A stretch of DNA of 64,000 nt from Eledone cirrhosa. Its lineage: Eukaryota. The notes under the pieces were generated by a model. It ran no database searches, was not told the origin of the DNA, and was given only the letters and a program-made list of their open reading frames with translations. Below, in pieces: positions 28,747 to 42,690 of the stretch (position 1 is the stretch's first letter; the number at the start of each line of letters is the position of its first letter). Position numbers and translations under genes: made by a program. Where the stretch lies: contig OZ024751.1 in assembly GCA_964016885.1 (NCBI GenBank), positions 29,946,001-30,010,000 of the forward strand. Direction: 5' to 3'.

Positions 28747-29215
28747 GACCCCAGTCCTATCATCTCATTTCTACAGCTAAGTAAACTGGAGCAATGTGAA
28801 ATAAAGTATCTTGCTCAAGGAAACAACACATCAACCGGTCTGAGAATTGAACTCACAACCTTTCGATTGCAAGGCCAATACTCTAGTATATATATATATG
28901 GAAGCACATGGGCTTGCAATCGAAAGGTTGTGAGTTCAATTCTCAGACCGGGTGATATGTTGTTTCCTTGAGCAAGACACTTTATTTTACATTGCTCCAG
29001 TTTACTCAGCTGTAGAAATGAGATGATAGGGACTGGGGTCCCTATCATTCCACTGCAAAGTGGTCGTGGAGGTGCCACGGCAAAAAAGCACCCAGCACTC
29101 ACTGTAAATGAGGTTGGTGTTAGGAAGGGCATCCAGCTGTAGAAATCAAGCCAGAATCAGTTCCCGTCCCACCCTTGCAAGCAGGGAAAAGCGGACGTAA
29201 GATGATGATGATGAT
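28747..29215. mobile_element. Head-to-head pair of SINE B copies (minus 28747-28885, plus 28898-29215 with tail 1)
   Basis: About 130-bp inverted arms. The plus copy continues into ggttggtgttaggaagggcatccagctgtagaaa...gcggacgtaa(gat)n. Confidence 0.8.
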
Positions 29216-29665
29216 GATGTTGATGATGATGTTGATGATATATATATATCTGTGATCTGTGTGTGTGTGTGCATTGCAGTTAGTTTTGGGGTTAGGAATG
29301 TGCTTGGCTGTTAAGTCAAATGTTTTTAATACAATTAGCATAAACTACATGATATCTGAAAGAAAGACTATTCTCAATTAAATACCAAACCTGATTGGTT
29401 ATTCATGTAGCTTCAGCCAACCTGTGCCACATGTTTACAGGTTCTATTGTCACGTTTCCAAAACTATGTGCAACTTTTTAGCAAAGGAAACTTTTTTTTT
29501 GTTTTTCAAATTTTTTTTTTTTTTTTTCAGTTTTATCTTTTATTTATTTTTTTTTTTTTTGCAACTCACCAAGTTTCCTGTTGGCATTAATGATAGCTCC
29601 CCGCAAATTTATAGGCTCATTTTGTTCTATGAAGAATGGAAATTCATAAAACAAAACAAAACAAG

Positions 29666-29718
<53 letters not shown>

Positions 29719-29755
29719 TACATATATATATAACCACCACCACAACAACAACGAC

Positions 29756-29790
<35 letters not shown>

Positions 29791-30291
29791 GGTAAATTCA
29801 TATAGTGCAGCATTTCTCCATTTCAGTTGTTCACGGTTTGAAAAATTTTTCAAAGCCAGTCATTTTCACTGATGAAAATCTTCCAATTATATGCTATAAT
29901 ATATTATTATCATTGTTGCTGCTGCTGCTGTTGTTGTTGTTGTTGTTGTTATTGTTGTTGTTGTTGTTATTATTATTATTAATCATAATAATATCATTGT
30001 GCTTATACTTATGACTGTATCTGTCCCCGTTTTTTTTAAATACCCATACCACCACACAGAATCTGTCTTAATGAACATATTTAGTACTCTAAAAATAAAT
30101 CTGTATACAATTTCATCCCTTTGATATGTACCATTCCGTACATGATGCCATACATTAAAAACATGGTTTAGTGCTTCTTGGTTTTTGTGAAAAAAAGGGA
30201 GACAGAGAATGAAAGAGAGAGAAGAGAGCGAGAGAGAGAAAAAGAAAAAAGTACAAACAAAAAGTTGCAGTTAAAAAGAAACACACAACAA

Positions 30292-30325
<34 letters not shown>

Positions 30326-30552
30326 GTATGTATTCTTTTTTTCCATGGTTATTTTGCAGTGTTTTCTGTTGTGTTTTTCTCGGTGAACAATTTACATTGA
30401 GACAGCCATCAAACCCTACGAGCTCTCAACTAAAGTTTTCAATTATCCATAAAATTATGCAATTCATTTTGCTAACCATAAAGGAAACCATAATTGACTC
30501 ACACTTCTGCTAGCAAGACTTATTACTGAAGCACATAGACAAACACATAACA

Positions 30553-30595
<43 letters not shown>

Positions 30596-30716
30596 CTATG
30601 TGCTTGTGTGTGTGCATATATGTATATATATATATGTGTGTGTATAGTTGTCTATGCATTTGTATGTATACCTATATACATATGTATATATTATATATAT
30701 ATATACATATATATGT

Positions 30717-30765
<49 letters not shown>

Positions 30766-30908
30766 TATGCACACATACTTGTTCATATATACACACGTTA
30801 TTTCAGCAAAGCATACTTACATGCCATGCTTACATGCACAAATGCACATGCCTACTCTTAGATACTTAAAAACCCACATACATACATAGAGAGAGAGACA
30901 GACAGACA

Positions 30909-30971
<63 letters not shown>

Positions 30972-31525
30972 ACATACACATGCACAAACCTGCCTATATG
31001 TTCATACCTTCCAACCCCCATTATATCCACCACCACCACCACCATGACCATCATTACTATCACCATCATCACTATCACCATCATCTTGATCAACACCGTG
31101 ACCATCACCCACCAACATCATCATCATCATCATCATGACCATCACCAACATCATGACCATCACCAACATCATCATTATCATCATCATCATCATCATCATG
31201 TTTGATTCCATTTGCCATAAAAATGTACCTCTTTTGCTTCGGAGGTTATAAATCTTGAAATATTGATTGGCAAAATCACAAACATTGCATTGAATATGTG
31301 GGAAAATAACAAAACATTGACAAGGATTTAAAAATGATATATTTCAGGAATTTTTGCAGACATGGAGAGGTGGAGGTGAGAGAAAATAATAACAACAACA
31401 ACAACACCACCAAGAATAATATTAATAATAATAACAATAGTATTAATGATAAGAGTAACAATAATAACAATAATGGTAATAATAAGGACAACAACAATAA
31501 TAATAATAATAATAATGATTTCATT

Positions 31526-31563
<38 letters not shown>

Positions 31564-32003
31564 ATAATAATATTAATAATAATAATAATACATAATAATA
31601 ATATGGTAATGATAATAACGATAATAATAATTTTCTATTGTGCTTAGTTGTTGTGGCAAGCAATATGACTCAGTTTTTTAAAGGTATTGTGGTCAAACTT
31701 TAACCTTGTCAAAGCATTATGGCATAACATTAAATCTTGTTTTCTGCTAGTAGCTCTGTGTGTGTGCGTACGTAAGTGGGCATGTGTGTATATATGTGTG
31801 TATACATGTATATATATGGATGTGTGCATGTGCATGTGTGCATGTGCATGTTTGGAGGGGTAGGTGGAAGGTGTGGTGGGACAGTAATATAATGTAAAAC
31901 TAATCTTGCTCAGAAGATATTAGGGCTGGAAATTAATCTTATTTCATTATTGTAATTGTTATTGTTGTTGTTGTTGTTATTAATTTAGCAACACCATATA
32001 TAT

Positions 32004-32410
32004 ATCATCATCGTCATCATCAATGTTTTACATCCATTCTTCCACGCTAGCATGGGTTGTCCTGTTGTGGGAATGGTCAAGTGACCATGCCTTGCTCATA
32101 TGGAACTGATTCAGGCTTGATTTCTACACCAACCTCATTCACAGTGAGTGCTGGGTGCTTTTTTTCCATGGCACCTACACATCCACTTTACAGTGTGGGC
32201 TGGGTGCTTTTTTGCCATGGCACCTCCACGACCACTTTGCAGTGGAATGATAGGGACCCCAGTCCTATCATCTCATTTCTACAGCTGAGTAAATTGTAGC
32301 AATGTGAAATAAAGTGTCTTGCTCAAGGAGCAACACATCACCCGGTCCGAGAATTGAACTCACAACCTTTCGATTACAAGCCCAATGCTCTAACCACTAA
32401 GCCATGTGCC

Positions 32411-32414
<4 letters not shown>
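32004..32414 (-). mobile_element. tRNA-derived CORE-type SINE B, tail 1, ending in (GAT)n
   Basis: Minus strand: A box TGGCTTAGTGG, B box GAGTTCAATTC, CORE-like ccttgagcaagacactttatttcacattgct, tail ...aacccatgctagcgtggaag...gatgatg. Confidence 0.8.
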
Positions 32415-32462
<48 letters not shown>

Positions 32463-32486
32463 CAAAGACCAAGATCTGATGAGGGC

Positions 32487-32523
<37 letters not shown>

Positions 32524-32625
32524 ATATATATATATATGTGTGTGTGTATATATATGTGTATACATATATATATACATATGTATATATAATTAGGTTTTTT
32601 TATCAGCTAAGCATTTCATTTAGGT

Positions 32626-32792
32626 CAGACATGGGCAAGTTTTTCTTAGCCAATAGGCTTCATGTGATGTGGTTCATCATAAGGCTGGCCACACAACCAG
32701 AAGACATTTAAAGTTATTTTCTATTAGGTGTGCCATTCCAAGATCCAGAAGGGCCAGATGTGGCCCCACAGGCCACAGTTTGGCTATGGCTG
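32626..32792. mobile_element. hAT-type MITE
   Basis: Imperfect TIRs cagacatgggcaa / ttggctatggctg, 8-bp TSD atttaggt / ttttaggt (7/8), subterminal gggccagatgtggccc. Confidence 0.65.
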
Positions 32793-33039
32793 TTTTAGGT
32801 TGTAGTAACCAAATGATATCAAAATGTATTGCAAGGCAAATCTGTGGAGCACTTGTTTTGTTTAACTACTCACCTACCATCACAGCCTGTTTCTGTATCT
32901 TGTACATCCTCAGCATGGGTTGGAGTGTCGGACACAATGCTTTGCAGCATAGAGTTATGGCCCTTTACTCTCTGAATTCAAATCCCACCAAGCTTAACTT
33001 TGCCTTTCATCCTTACGTGGTTAATAAAATAAAGGATCA

Positions 33040-33254
33040 ATCGACTTTCGTCAAATCGGACCGAGGAAACAATGTTTCCATTGGTCTTTCCAGTTGCTAG
33101 TACTATCTATTGGTCACAACTCCAGGTAGAAGAAGCAACGTGAAATAAAGTGTCTTGCTCAAGGACATAACGCATCGCCCGGTCCAGGAATCGAACTCAC
33201 AACCTCAAGATTGTGAATCCAATTCTCTAACCACTCAGCCACATGCCTTCCACA
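33040..33254 (-). mobile_element. SINE B head and core with tail 3
   Basis: Tail gaaagaccaatggaaacattgtttcctcggtccgatttgac, also seen on + at ~55670-55850. Confidence 0.7.
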
Positions 33255-33841
33255 TTAAAATCAAATAAAGCACCAGTAATACACTGGAATAATTGCTGGT
33301 CCTGTGCCAATAGTAGAAACAATTATTATATTATCCACTATTGTTTTGGTTTTTTAATCTTATATATATATTTTTTCATCTTTTGATATTAATTCATAAT
33401 ATTATCGATATATATCCACCCTCTAAGAATTTGGAAAATCCACTACCTTGGATTGGCACTTTATTTTATTAACCCTGATCAATGGGATTTGATCTAAGAG
33501 AGCTGAAACAAATACTACAAAGTATTTTTCCTTATATTCTAATGACTCAGCTAACTCCCAGAATATTTATAAAGTTTTATATAGGAAGAACATCTAAAGG
33601 AGGGACAGAAGAAAAAGTCAGTGTATGTGTATATATATATGTGTGTGTGTATAAGTATGTGTATGTATCTGTGTATATTTATATGTTTATGTGTTACTAT
33701 GTATATATGTATGTGTGTATATTTGTGTGTGTGCTTGTATGTGTTATGACTGCTTGCATGCATTTATAAGTATATGTGTATGTATGTGTGAGAAAGTTGA
33801 AAGAGAGGATAGAGAGAGAGTGAGATAGATAGATAGATAGG

Positions 33842-33904
<63 letters not shown>

Positions 33905-34629
33905 ATAGGTTGTTATGAAAACAAACACACATATCAGTGAAGGAAGAAAAATATTCATGAAAAGAGCTAAAGGATTCACCATAACCACACAAAATACCAG
34001 ATCTGTTCTTGTAAAACAAATCTATTTTTATTGTTGATGATGATGATGTTGTTATGTGGTGGGAATGGGTGGGTGGATAACTGTCTTTTTGTTGCAATGA
34101 ACTCATTTTTCTGCCATGTATTCCTGCATTGTGTCTGTGAATATAAAGAAGTAGTGCCGGACTAAGAAAGTTGTATAGCCTTCTCATCCCATACCATACC
34201 ATACCATACCATACCATTCTTTGTTAGCCATTCACCATTGAGTCTTTAGAAAAATGGTTGCAAACCATGTGACAGCAGCAGAATTTAATAAGGATCTCGG
34301 CCCCTTTTGTAAGGATTAGAGCCATCATGTCCTTTCCAATCAACACAACACACCGACGATACACTAAACACCACCTCTAATGTAATATTATTTTGTATAT
34401 TTAAACATCGCGTATTACTTTCGGACAAAACCTCAACTGATTATCTCTGAAAGCTTAATTTCTTCTTCATCATCTCCTTCTTTTCCTTTCCTTCTTTCTT
34501 TTCTTCTTCTTCTTACTTTTGTTTCGTTCTCTCCCCTCACTTTCCTTCAGTTTTTCTTCTATTTTCTTTACATCATCTATCTCTCTCTCTCTCTGTCTTT
34601 TTATTTCTTCTTTATATATATGTGTATAT

Positions 34630-34663
<34 letters not shown>

Positions 34664-34698
34664 ATGTATTTATATAGTTTATCATATATATATATATA

Positions 34699-34735
<37 letters not shown>

Positions 34736-34837
34736 ATATTTGTATATTTTAATATATATTTATATAGTTTATATTATATCATCATCATTTTACGTCCGCT
34801 TTTCCCTATATATATATACACAGTATATATATACACA

Positions 34838-34973
<136 letters not shown>

Positions 34974-36213
34974 TATATATATATATATATATATAATTCT
35001 CTTTTCATTCTTTCAACATTTATTACTGTGTCTCTGAGAATATCAACCTTCATTCTCATTTGAAGAAGAAGCGAAAATCTGAAACCCAAACTGGTGTTGA
35101 CTTTTGCATAGTTGCAGGGGAATTATATGGAACAGCATGAAAGAGAGGTGTTAATTAAGATTGGTGAAATGGGTGCGAGTGGAGTAGGGGTCGGGACAAT
35201 GGTGGCGGCATGAGGCAGGATAGGGAACAGCCGTATTTTCCTATCTGCTTTTGTCATTAACGAAATTACCAAATTACTGAAATTATGAAATTATCTGCAG
35301 ATTCACAATATAAGGTTTTGAAATCTTCACTGTAAGTTTTCACACTGTATTACAACCACCACCTACCATTGTCACCAGAATGTCCTCCCTCCTTCCCTGC
35401 CTGTCTGTCTGTCTGCCTGTGGCATGTCACACTATAACACTAACAATTAAATTGACCAATCAGATTGCTGCAATTGGCTGTTAGATATTCCATACAAAAT
35501 AATTTTGTTTTCTTTTCACTAGCTTCTCTTTCTCCTCTCTGTCTCCTTTCCATCCGTCATCACCATCATCATCATCGTCATTGTCGCCGTCATCATCATC
35601 ATCATCATCAGCGTCATCATCATCGTCATCATCGTCCTTAACAACAATTTCAGGAGTGACATCAACACCTCCACCTTTCTTCAATTTCACATTCATCATC
35701 CTCACACACACCACCACCCTCTTCCTCATCACACTGCCTTCATATCATCACCATCATCATCACCATCAACAACAGCAGCTGTAATGTCAACACCGCCACC
35801 ACCACCACCACCACCACCACCATCCTCATCACATGGCCTTAATATCATCAACATCATCAACAATAGCAGCAGTGACATCGACACAACCACCACCACCACC
35901 ACCACCACCACCACCATCCTCATCACACTGCCTTAATATCATAATCATCATCATCAATAACAGCACCAGTGATACCAACACCACCACCACTACCAACACC
36001 TCCCTCATCCCCCTCAACATCAACAACAGCAACATCAAAGACATTAACATCACCACCACATCCATCCCTCACCATCTCACCCCAATACCATCATTGTTAA
36101 GAGCACCATTCTAATTTAATAGTATACAAGCATCATTAATCATTAGAATCACACGTCTTTATTTTATCTCTCTATTCTTTCCATCTTTTCCCTGAAAGAA
36201 TTTTCTAGAAAAA

Positions 36214-36261
<48 letters not shown>

Positions 36262-36388
36262 TCATCATTCTTTAACATCCTCTTTCCACGCTAGCAATAA
36301 TGTATTGAGTACCCTTTTTAACACTAGTAGCCTCCCGATTTATATTGGGCTATTATATGTATATGTATATATATTTGTATGTATATAT

Positions 36389-36443
<55 letters not shown>

Positions 36444-36539
36444 CGGCCACCCGGTCTAGCAACTGCTAACCTTTTGGCCGCCTTCTCGTCTTAGGCATTT
36501 CTCTCTGCTTTTCAGCCCCTTTGTTGGATAAATTTCGGA

Positions 36540-36597
36540 ATACCTGATGCTGTCAGCGGATTCATACTGAACCCAGTCATTGAAATGTTCATAGTAT
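36540..36597 (+). ncRNA. Possible decayed hammerhead ribozyme
   Basis: ATAC-CTGATGc-[imperfect stem II GGaTTCA/TGAAcCC]-GAAA-T-GTTC-A-TA|GTAT, followed by AATAAA, in a unique block between (TA)n tracts. Confidence 0.35.
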
Positions 36598-36653
36598 AAT
36601 AAACCTTTAAGGAATTTTTTTGTGGCATCTATACGGCCACTTTACAGTGTGGA

Positions 36654-36690
<37 letters not shown>

Positions 36691-36691
<1 letters not shown>

Positions 36692-36784
36692 AGGGTGTCC
36701 CCCATGTATACACAAAGGCTGTGGATTCTAATAATTATTGCTTGAACATGTAATCAAAGTGTGTATGCATTTTGGAGGGACACC

Positions 36785-36826
<42 letters not shown>

Positions 36827-37081
36827 AGAGTCAGGACCTGACAGCTGAGCTCCGGCTGTTTTGACAAACTAACCCCCCAGTATTCCTTCTAATACTGGGG
36901 GCTTAGTTCAGATCTAGCTGTCAAAATTCTACTACCCGAAGTATTGAGTGCGTTATGGTCCACCTGGTATCTTACCACACCTTTGTTTTATATATATATA
37001 TATATATATATGGTGTCCCCCAAAAATGCATACACACTTTCATTACCTGTACAGGCAATAAGTATTAGAATGAACAGCCTT

Positions 37082-37086
<5 letters not shown>
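36691..37086. mobile_element. Two inverted copies of a small Tc1/mariner-like MITE flanking the P2 element
   Basis: 36691-36787 has ends cagggtgtcccc / gggacaccatg next to TA. 37010-37086 is the reverse complement of its right part. Confidence 0.5.
36823..36987. mobile_element. Family P2 copy, partly deleted
   Basis: Shares gaaaagagtcaggacc...gctgagctccggc, gttcagatctagctgtc and the reverse complement of accaggtggaccataac with 2822-3027. Internal hairpin cccccagtatt/aatactggggg. (TA)n flanks. Confidence 0.6.
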
Positions 37087-37146
<60 letters not shown>

Positions 37147-37149
37147 GAA

Positions 37150-37435
37150 AGTATAGAAATTATTGTGAGCGTGAAGCCAACAGTATTTCATAATATATAA
37201 GTGACTATAACGTCAAAATGGAAAAATAGTTAACGTAAGATGTGGGAAAATAATTCAAACTCTATTCAAAAAAATCAAGACATTGAACTATCCACAGAAT
37301 TTTGTGAAATCCAGGGAAAAATCAATAGAGCCTTAATTCAGAATAAAATAAAGTCTAAATACTCATCCTACAATTTGGAAAAATCTATAAATGCTCTGTA
37401 TAGTCTGAAAAAGACTATTTCACGAAACTTTCAGT
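37150..37435 (+). pseudogene. Decayed GIY-YIG endonuclease fragment of a Penelope-like retroelement
   Basis: Across frameshifts it reads YIS...SKWKNS, then IELSTEFCEIQGK...KIKSKYSSYNLEKS...LC..EK. This resembles the PLE pattern YIG.T...FK.R...TELS...W.LK....W.I.....YN.....C.LC..EK (recalled pattern; no search run). Confidence 0.5.
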
Positions 37436-37574
37436 GGAGATGGTCACGGTTGGAATCGTTTGTCAGCAGAGCTCAAAATCCGATAACCCTAATCCCACTG
37501 TAGAATATGCCAAAAGGGAATTTAAAACAGGCTAGTTTACATCATGCGTATAATATATATATATTCATTCATTT

Positions 37575-37745
37575 CATTTTACGTCCGCTTTTCCCTGCTT
37601 GCAAGGGTGGGACGGGAACTGATTCTGGCTTGATTTCTACAGCTGGATGCCCTTCCTAACACCAACTTCATTTACAGTGAGTGCTGGGTGCTTTTTTGTC
37701 GTGGCACCCCCACGACCACTTTACAATGGAATGATAGGGACCCCA
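37575..37745 (-). mobile_element. 5'-truncated SINE B tail 1 (similar fragments at ~5800-5990, 15150-15345, 59780-59890 and 59958-60010)
   Basis: ttacgtccgcttttccctgcttgcaagggtggg...ctggatgcccttcctaacaccaac. Confidence 0.75.
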
Positions 37746-38189
37746 TATATATATATTAAATAAGAAATACATCCTTTCTAAGCCGTATTTTGTTTCTTTG
37801 TTTATGAATCTATAACTTTCAATTTATACAGGTATAGAAAGGGAGGTTTAGTTTCCTATCAGCTAAATGTCCCTAGATTAGTTTAATTACTCAAGTGTAA
37901 GTCCATTATGGTCCATATGGTTAAACTGTGCAAGTTAATGCTGTCACTAATGGTACTTTGCAAGATTATATTTCTGTTAGTCTACCCTGAAAGGAGTTCA
38001 CAGGGTTATCGTAATTAACAAAGATTTGATAGTTGATAATAAGTCTTATTGTACACTGTTTAACCTCCTGTTAACAGCGTAGTGCATTACACAGCTGCAC
38101 ATATGTGCAGCTGCAATATTGCAATACTGAAGATAGACTCTATATATATATATATTATATATATATACATGTATGTACACATGTGCATG

Positions 38190-38299
<110 letters not shown>

Positions 38300-38379
38300 A
38301 ATTGTTATCTATATATTTATATGTATAGCTATCAATTGATAAATATATACACATATATATGTATGTATGTATCTCTCTT

Positions 38380-38453
<74 letters not shown>

Positions 38454-38665
38454 TATCTTGCTGGTTATTTGTCCTTTGTCCTGCACAACAACAGCTATTG
38501 TGCCATTGTCCTGATCAATAAATATATATATATACAATCAATATATTGTACCATCTTATAGAAGACCCTGTCATTGTATTAGAATCAAACTAAGATCTTT
38601 AAACCCTCTCACATTAAGTTCTGCTTTTAACTCATGTGTGTGTGTATATATATATATATATATAC

Positions 38666-38728
<63 letters not shown>

Positions 38729-38735
38729 TATATAC

Positions 38736-38891
<156 letters not shown>

Positions 38892-39408
38892 CATCATTGT
38901 TGCGTTATCATCAGCTTTCCCTGCTAGCAAGGATGATGATGATGATGATAGTGGTAATGGTGGTGGTGATGATGATGGAGATTGTGGTAATGATGATAGT
39001 GATGATGATGCTGGTGGTGATGATGGACATGATGTTGGAGATAGCGGTAATGATGATGGTGGTAATGGGGATGGTGGTGGTCATGGTGATGATGGTGATG
39101 ATGATGATGGAGATGGTGGTGGTGATGATGGTGTAGATGGTGGTAATGGTGATGATGGTGATGATGATGGTGGTGGAGATGGTGGTAATGGTGATGATGG
39201 TGATGATGATGATGGGGATGGTGGTGGTAATGGTGATGATGGAGATGGTGGTGGTAATGGTGATGATGGAGATGGTGGTAATGGTGATGATGATGATGGG
39301 GATGGTAATGATGATGATGATGATGATGATGATGCTGGTGTTTAGTTATTATTGTTAACCATGTTTCTATATTTCACTAACCATTACACTGATATCTCTG
39401 TCTTACAG

Positions 39409-39521
39409 AAACTTGTGTCACATGACCAATATCTTGTGACATGTGACCGAGATGAAAAGATTCGTATATCTCTCTACCCTAACTCCTACAACATACATTC
39501 CTATTGTCTCGGCCATACTGA
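39409..39521 (+). CDS. WDR4: Internal exon of tRNA (guanine-N7)-methyltransferase non-catalytic subunit WDR4/Trm82 (WD40 protein)
   Basis: Acceptor tcttacag (39401-39408), branch-point-like CACTAAC (39375-39381), donor GA|gtaagt at 39522. Phase-0 translation is [37 protein letters not shown](E), which carries the WDR4/Trm82 signature T-x-DRDEKIR-x(13)-CLGHTE. Too short for the ORF track. Confidence 0.93.
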
Positions 39522-39890
39522 GTAAGTAAACCTTTAACCATTTCAATAACAGATTTCTGATGATTGTTACGTATGAAATATATTGCTTATTGTTTTAAAT
39601 TACTTTTGAAAATTATCAAGATGTGATAATTGTGTGACACATCTGTTGTGTATATCTGTACAAAACGAGGGTAAAAAGCCAAGGTATTCACCAGATGTAA
39701 ATTCCAAACTACCAACGAGAGGTTACAATGAGTCTTCGTACACACAGTTCCTGTGACAATTCACTTCAGTTCTTATTTGTAGAGTTTCACCTAGTCCACT
39801 TTTAATTATATGAGGGTGTTAACGGTTTTTTCCTCACAACAGAGAATCTAGAGAGATTTTTAGGGAAATAATTAAATTTATTGATATTAA

Positions 39891-40106
39891 CTATTTAGCA
39901 TTTAAACCGGCTGTATCCGGCCAGAATTCTCTCACATTTTTCTGTTCAAACTGGCCATAACTGGCCACTCATACTGATATTAAGGTTCTCAAAATAAATA
40001 ATATCAAAATCTCATTGATTCGATATTATGTGAAATAATTATGTGATGTAATGCCTTTACCTTGAAAATATAATAGTAAATATAGAATAATGTAAATGCT
40101 AAAGGG
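39891..40106 (+). mobile_element. MITE D
   Basis: TTAA|ctatttagcattta...taaatgctaaaggg|TTAA. Confidence 0.85.
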
Positions 40107-41349
40107 TTAAGCTTGCAAAATATTCAAAGAGAAGCCTTCAGTTGTTTTCAAAGACATGACAGCCTCCTGATTCTCTCTCTCTCTACACCTGTTTCTGATT
40201 CTATCACACACACTCTCTCTCTCTTTCTGACTCTGTCATTCACTCTGTCTCTCCCTCTCTCTCCCGCTTTCTCTATCTATTTATCTATCTCTTTCATTTT
40301 CTCTTTTTCTTTTGTCTAGCCCAGTAATTCACTGGGTGGAGGGGTCAATATATTCGACTTTCCCCCCTCCCCAAAGCTACTGACCTTGTGCCAAATGTAG
40401 AAACAATTATTTAGCATTTTTCTTGTTGCAAACATTCTGTAATTTAATTTATACCTATTGGACCTATTCAGGAAAAGACAACTGTGTATATCTCTATATA
40501 TTTCTATTGTATTGTCTATTTATACCAGTATATCTTGGTGTGGTTCTTTCCTCCTTCTGCTCTGCTATCTAGATGTACCATCAACAGATGAAATTATTTC
40601 CATTGTGATCTAATCTGACTGGTTATCCCCTGTAATAGAGCTGTGGCTTAGAGAAAGATATACATCTTATTTAATGGTTCATCTCACACACATACATGTT
40701 ACATACACTAGCACATAGACACACTCACACACACATGCTTGTACACACACATGCATTCATGCATGTGTCATGTGACATTACAGTTAGCCATTGAAAGAAC
40801 TTATTATTACCTACTGCTTGCCAAAGTTCTCTCTCTCTCTCTCTCTCTCTGTCTTTTCTCTTTGTCTCTCTCTCTCTGCCTTTCTGTCTCTCTTAAACTT
40901 TCTCTCTGTCTTTCAAACTCTCTCCCTGTTTCTCTCTCTCTCTCTCTCTCTCTCCCCTTTATCTACCTATCTATCTATCACATCACCTCTCTCTTTCCAT
41001 GTCTTTCTATCTATCTACCAATCTCTCTGTCTACCATTATTTCTTCTATTCTTGAACACATTCAGTAGCCCAGATCAGTTATTTCTACATCTAGTGAAAT
41101 ATATTAATGTCACTATTTTTAGTAACGACACCAAATGTGAAATGACTAAACCAAATTAACTATAGAACCAAAAACACAACATTTCTCATTTTGAGCTTTA
41201 CTACTAATTCAGGTGTGTCATAAAAATTCTCTCTCGTTAACCTTTTTTCACTTCAATATCAGTCATACATTGTGTTTGTCTGTGTTTCAAATAGGTGAGG
41301 AGGTTATATAAATGTAAAAAAAAAAAAATCTGTCTTGTGTCCGGAGGTA

Positions 41350-41842
41350 CATCAGGCTGGTATTTATACCAGTTTTTGTGGAGTTAAGCAAATGAGAGTT
41401 CAAGACTTCCCCGCTGGATAGGATGCCAGTCCATCACAGGGTTAAAGTCTGTCTGAAGCCCAGAGGCTCATTAAGTCAGCGCTTGTCCTGGTTTCCATGG
41501 TGTTAAGCAACTAAGAGTACATGATTCCCTCCTGAGCAGGATGCCTGTCCATTGCAGGGTTAAACCCCCCTCATTTTTAGCTGAGAATGATGGAGCAATG
41601 TGAAATGAAGTATTTTGCTCAAGAACACAACATACAACCCAGTTCAGGAATGAAACCCATGATGTTATGATCGTAAGTCCAACACCCTTACTGCTAGCCC
41701 ACAGGCCTTGCCTTAAAACAGCTGAATATACTGGAGCAACATGGAATGAAGTATTTTGCTCAAGAACACAACACACAACCCAGTTCAGGAATCGAACCCA
41801 CAAAGTTATAATCGTAAGTCCAACACACCACTAGGCCATGTA
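41350..41842 (-). mobile_element. Cluster of SINE B / tail 2 copies
   Basis: Two head+core units and two tail-2 segments in reverse orientation. Confidence 0.7.
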
Positions 41843-42084
41843 CACTTTCGTTAACCATATTTGGTGTGTCCTTATTCCCTGTGCACATCTAGTTTAGAAT
41901 AAATACACTGAATCCCTGTGTGACACACAGGGTGACTAAAAGTGTTGGCACCAGGAAGGACATTTTACCATAAAACATTTCTTCAAAAAGGATCCCAAGA
42001 TTTGTATGAAGCTTGTCATGGGGCTGTTAAGTTTAACCCTTGTTTTAGTAAGGAAAATGGCCAAAAAATGTTTGTAGTTGTGTT

Positions 42085-42690
42085 GCCTTTCACTACCATA
42101 TTTTTAATGAAAGATATACTACCTGTATGTATGATCATCAAATAATTTTTTAACTAATCAAGTATATCAAAGGAATTATTAATATATCTAACTTTCTCAT
42201 TATATTTTACAAAATTATGATGAAAGGTTTGTAGATGAATATAAAAACTTTTCATTACCATATTTCTAATAAAAGACACTACCTATGATTTGCAAATAAT
42301 TTTGAAAATAATGAAGAATTTGGAGAAATTTAGTAGATATAATGAGGTCTCTCATTTATCTGGTGTTTGGAACATAACAGTAAAGGTACTTATCTAAAAT
42401 AATGATGGAAGATTTTTAGATAGATATAAACACTTTAACCCTTTTGTTACCATATTTCTAATGAAAGACACTGCAGATAATTTTCAAATAATTTTGAAAA
42501 TAATCAAAAATTGGGGCGGGGGGGTTAGTAATATAACTAACCTTCTGCTTAAGTTGGTATTGTGAACATAACTTAACAAAGGTTCTTACATAAAATTATA
42601 ATTGAAGTTTTTAGATAAATATAGACATTTTGAAATAAACTGTTTTGTATCATAGAACCAGGAATGGCTTCAGTGGTTTGGTAGCTTCAA
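42085..42690 (+). mobile_element. Cluster of three MITE E copies or fragments
   Basis: Repeated taccatatttctaatgaaagacact ... tttagataaatataaacactt. The third copy starts TTAA|cccttttgttacc at 42439. Confidence 0.65.

Noticed and set aside
38092-38113. Perfect 22-bp palindrome cagctgcacatatgtgcagctg
   Set aside because: Isolated, single-copy and next to CA/TG low-complexity sequence; no function can be supported.
39557-39585. CTGATGA...GAAA just downstream of the WDR4 exon
   Set aside because: No stem I or III. It lies in the left end of a MITE E copy whose consensus reads tttctaatgaaa.
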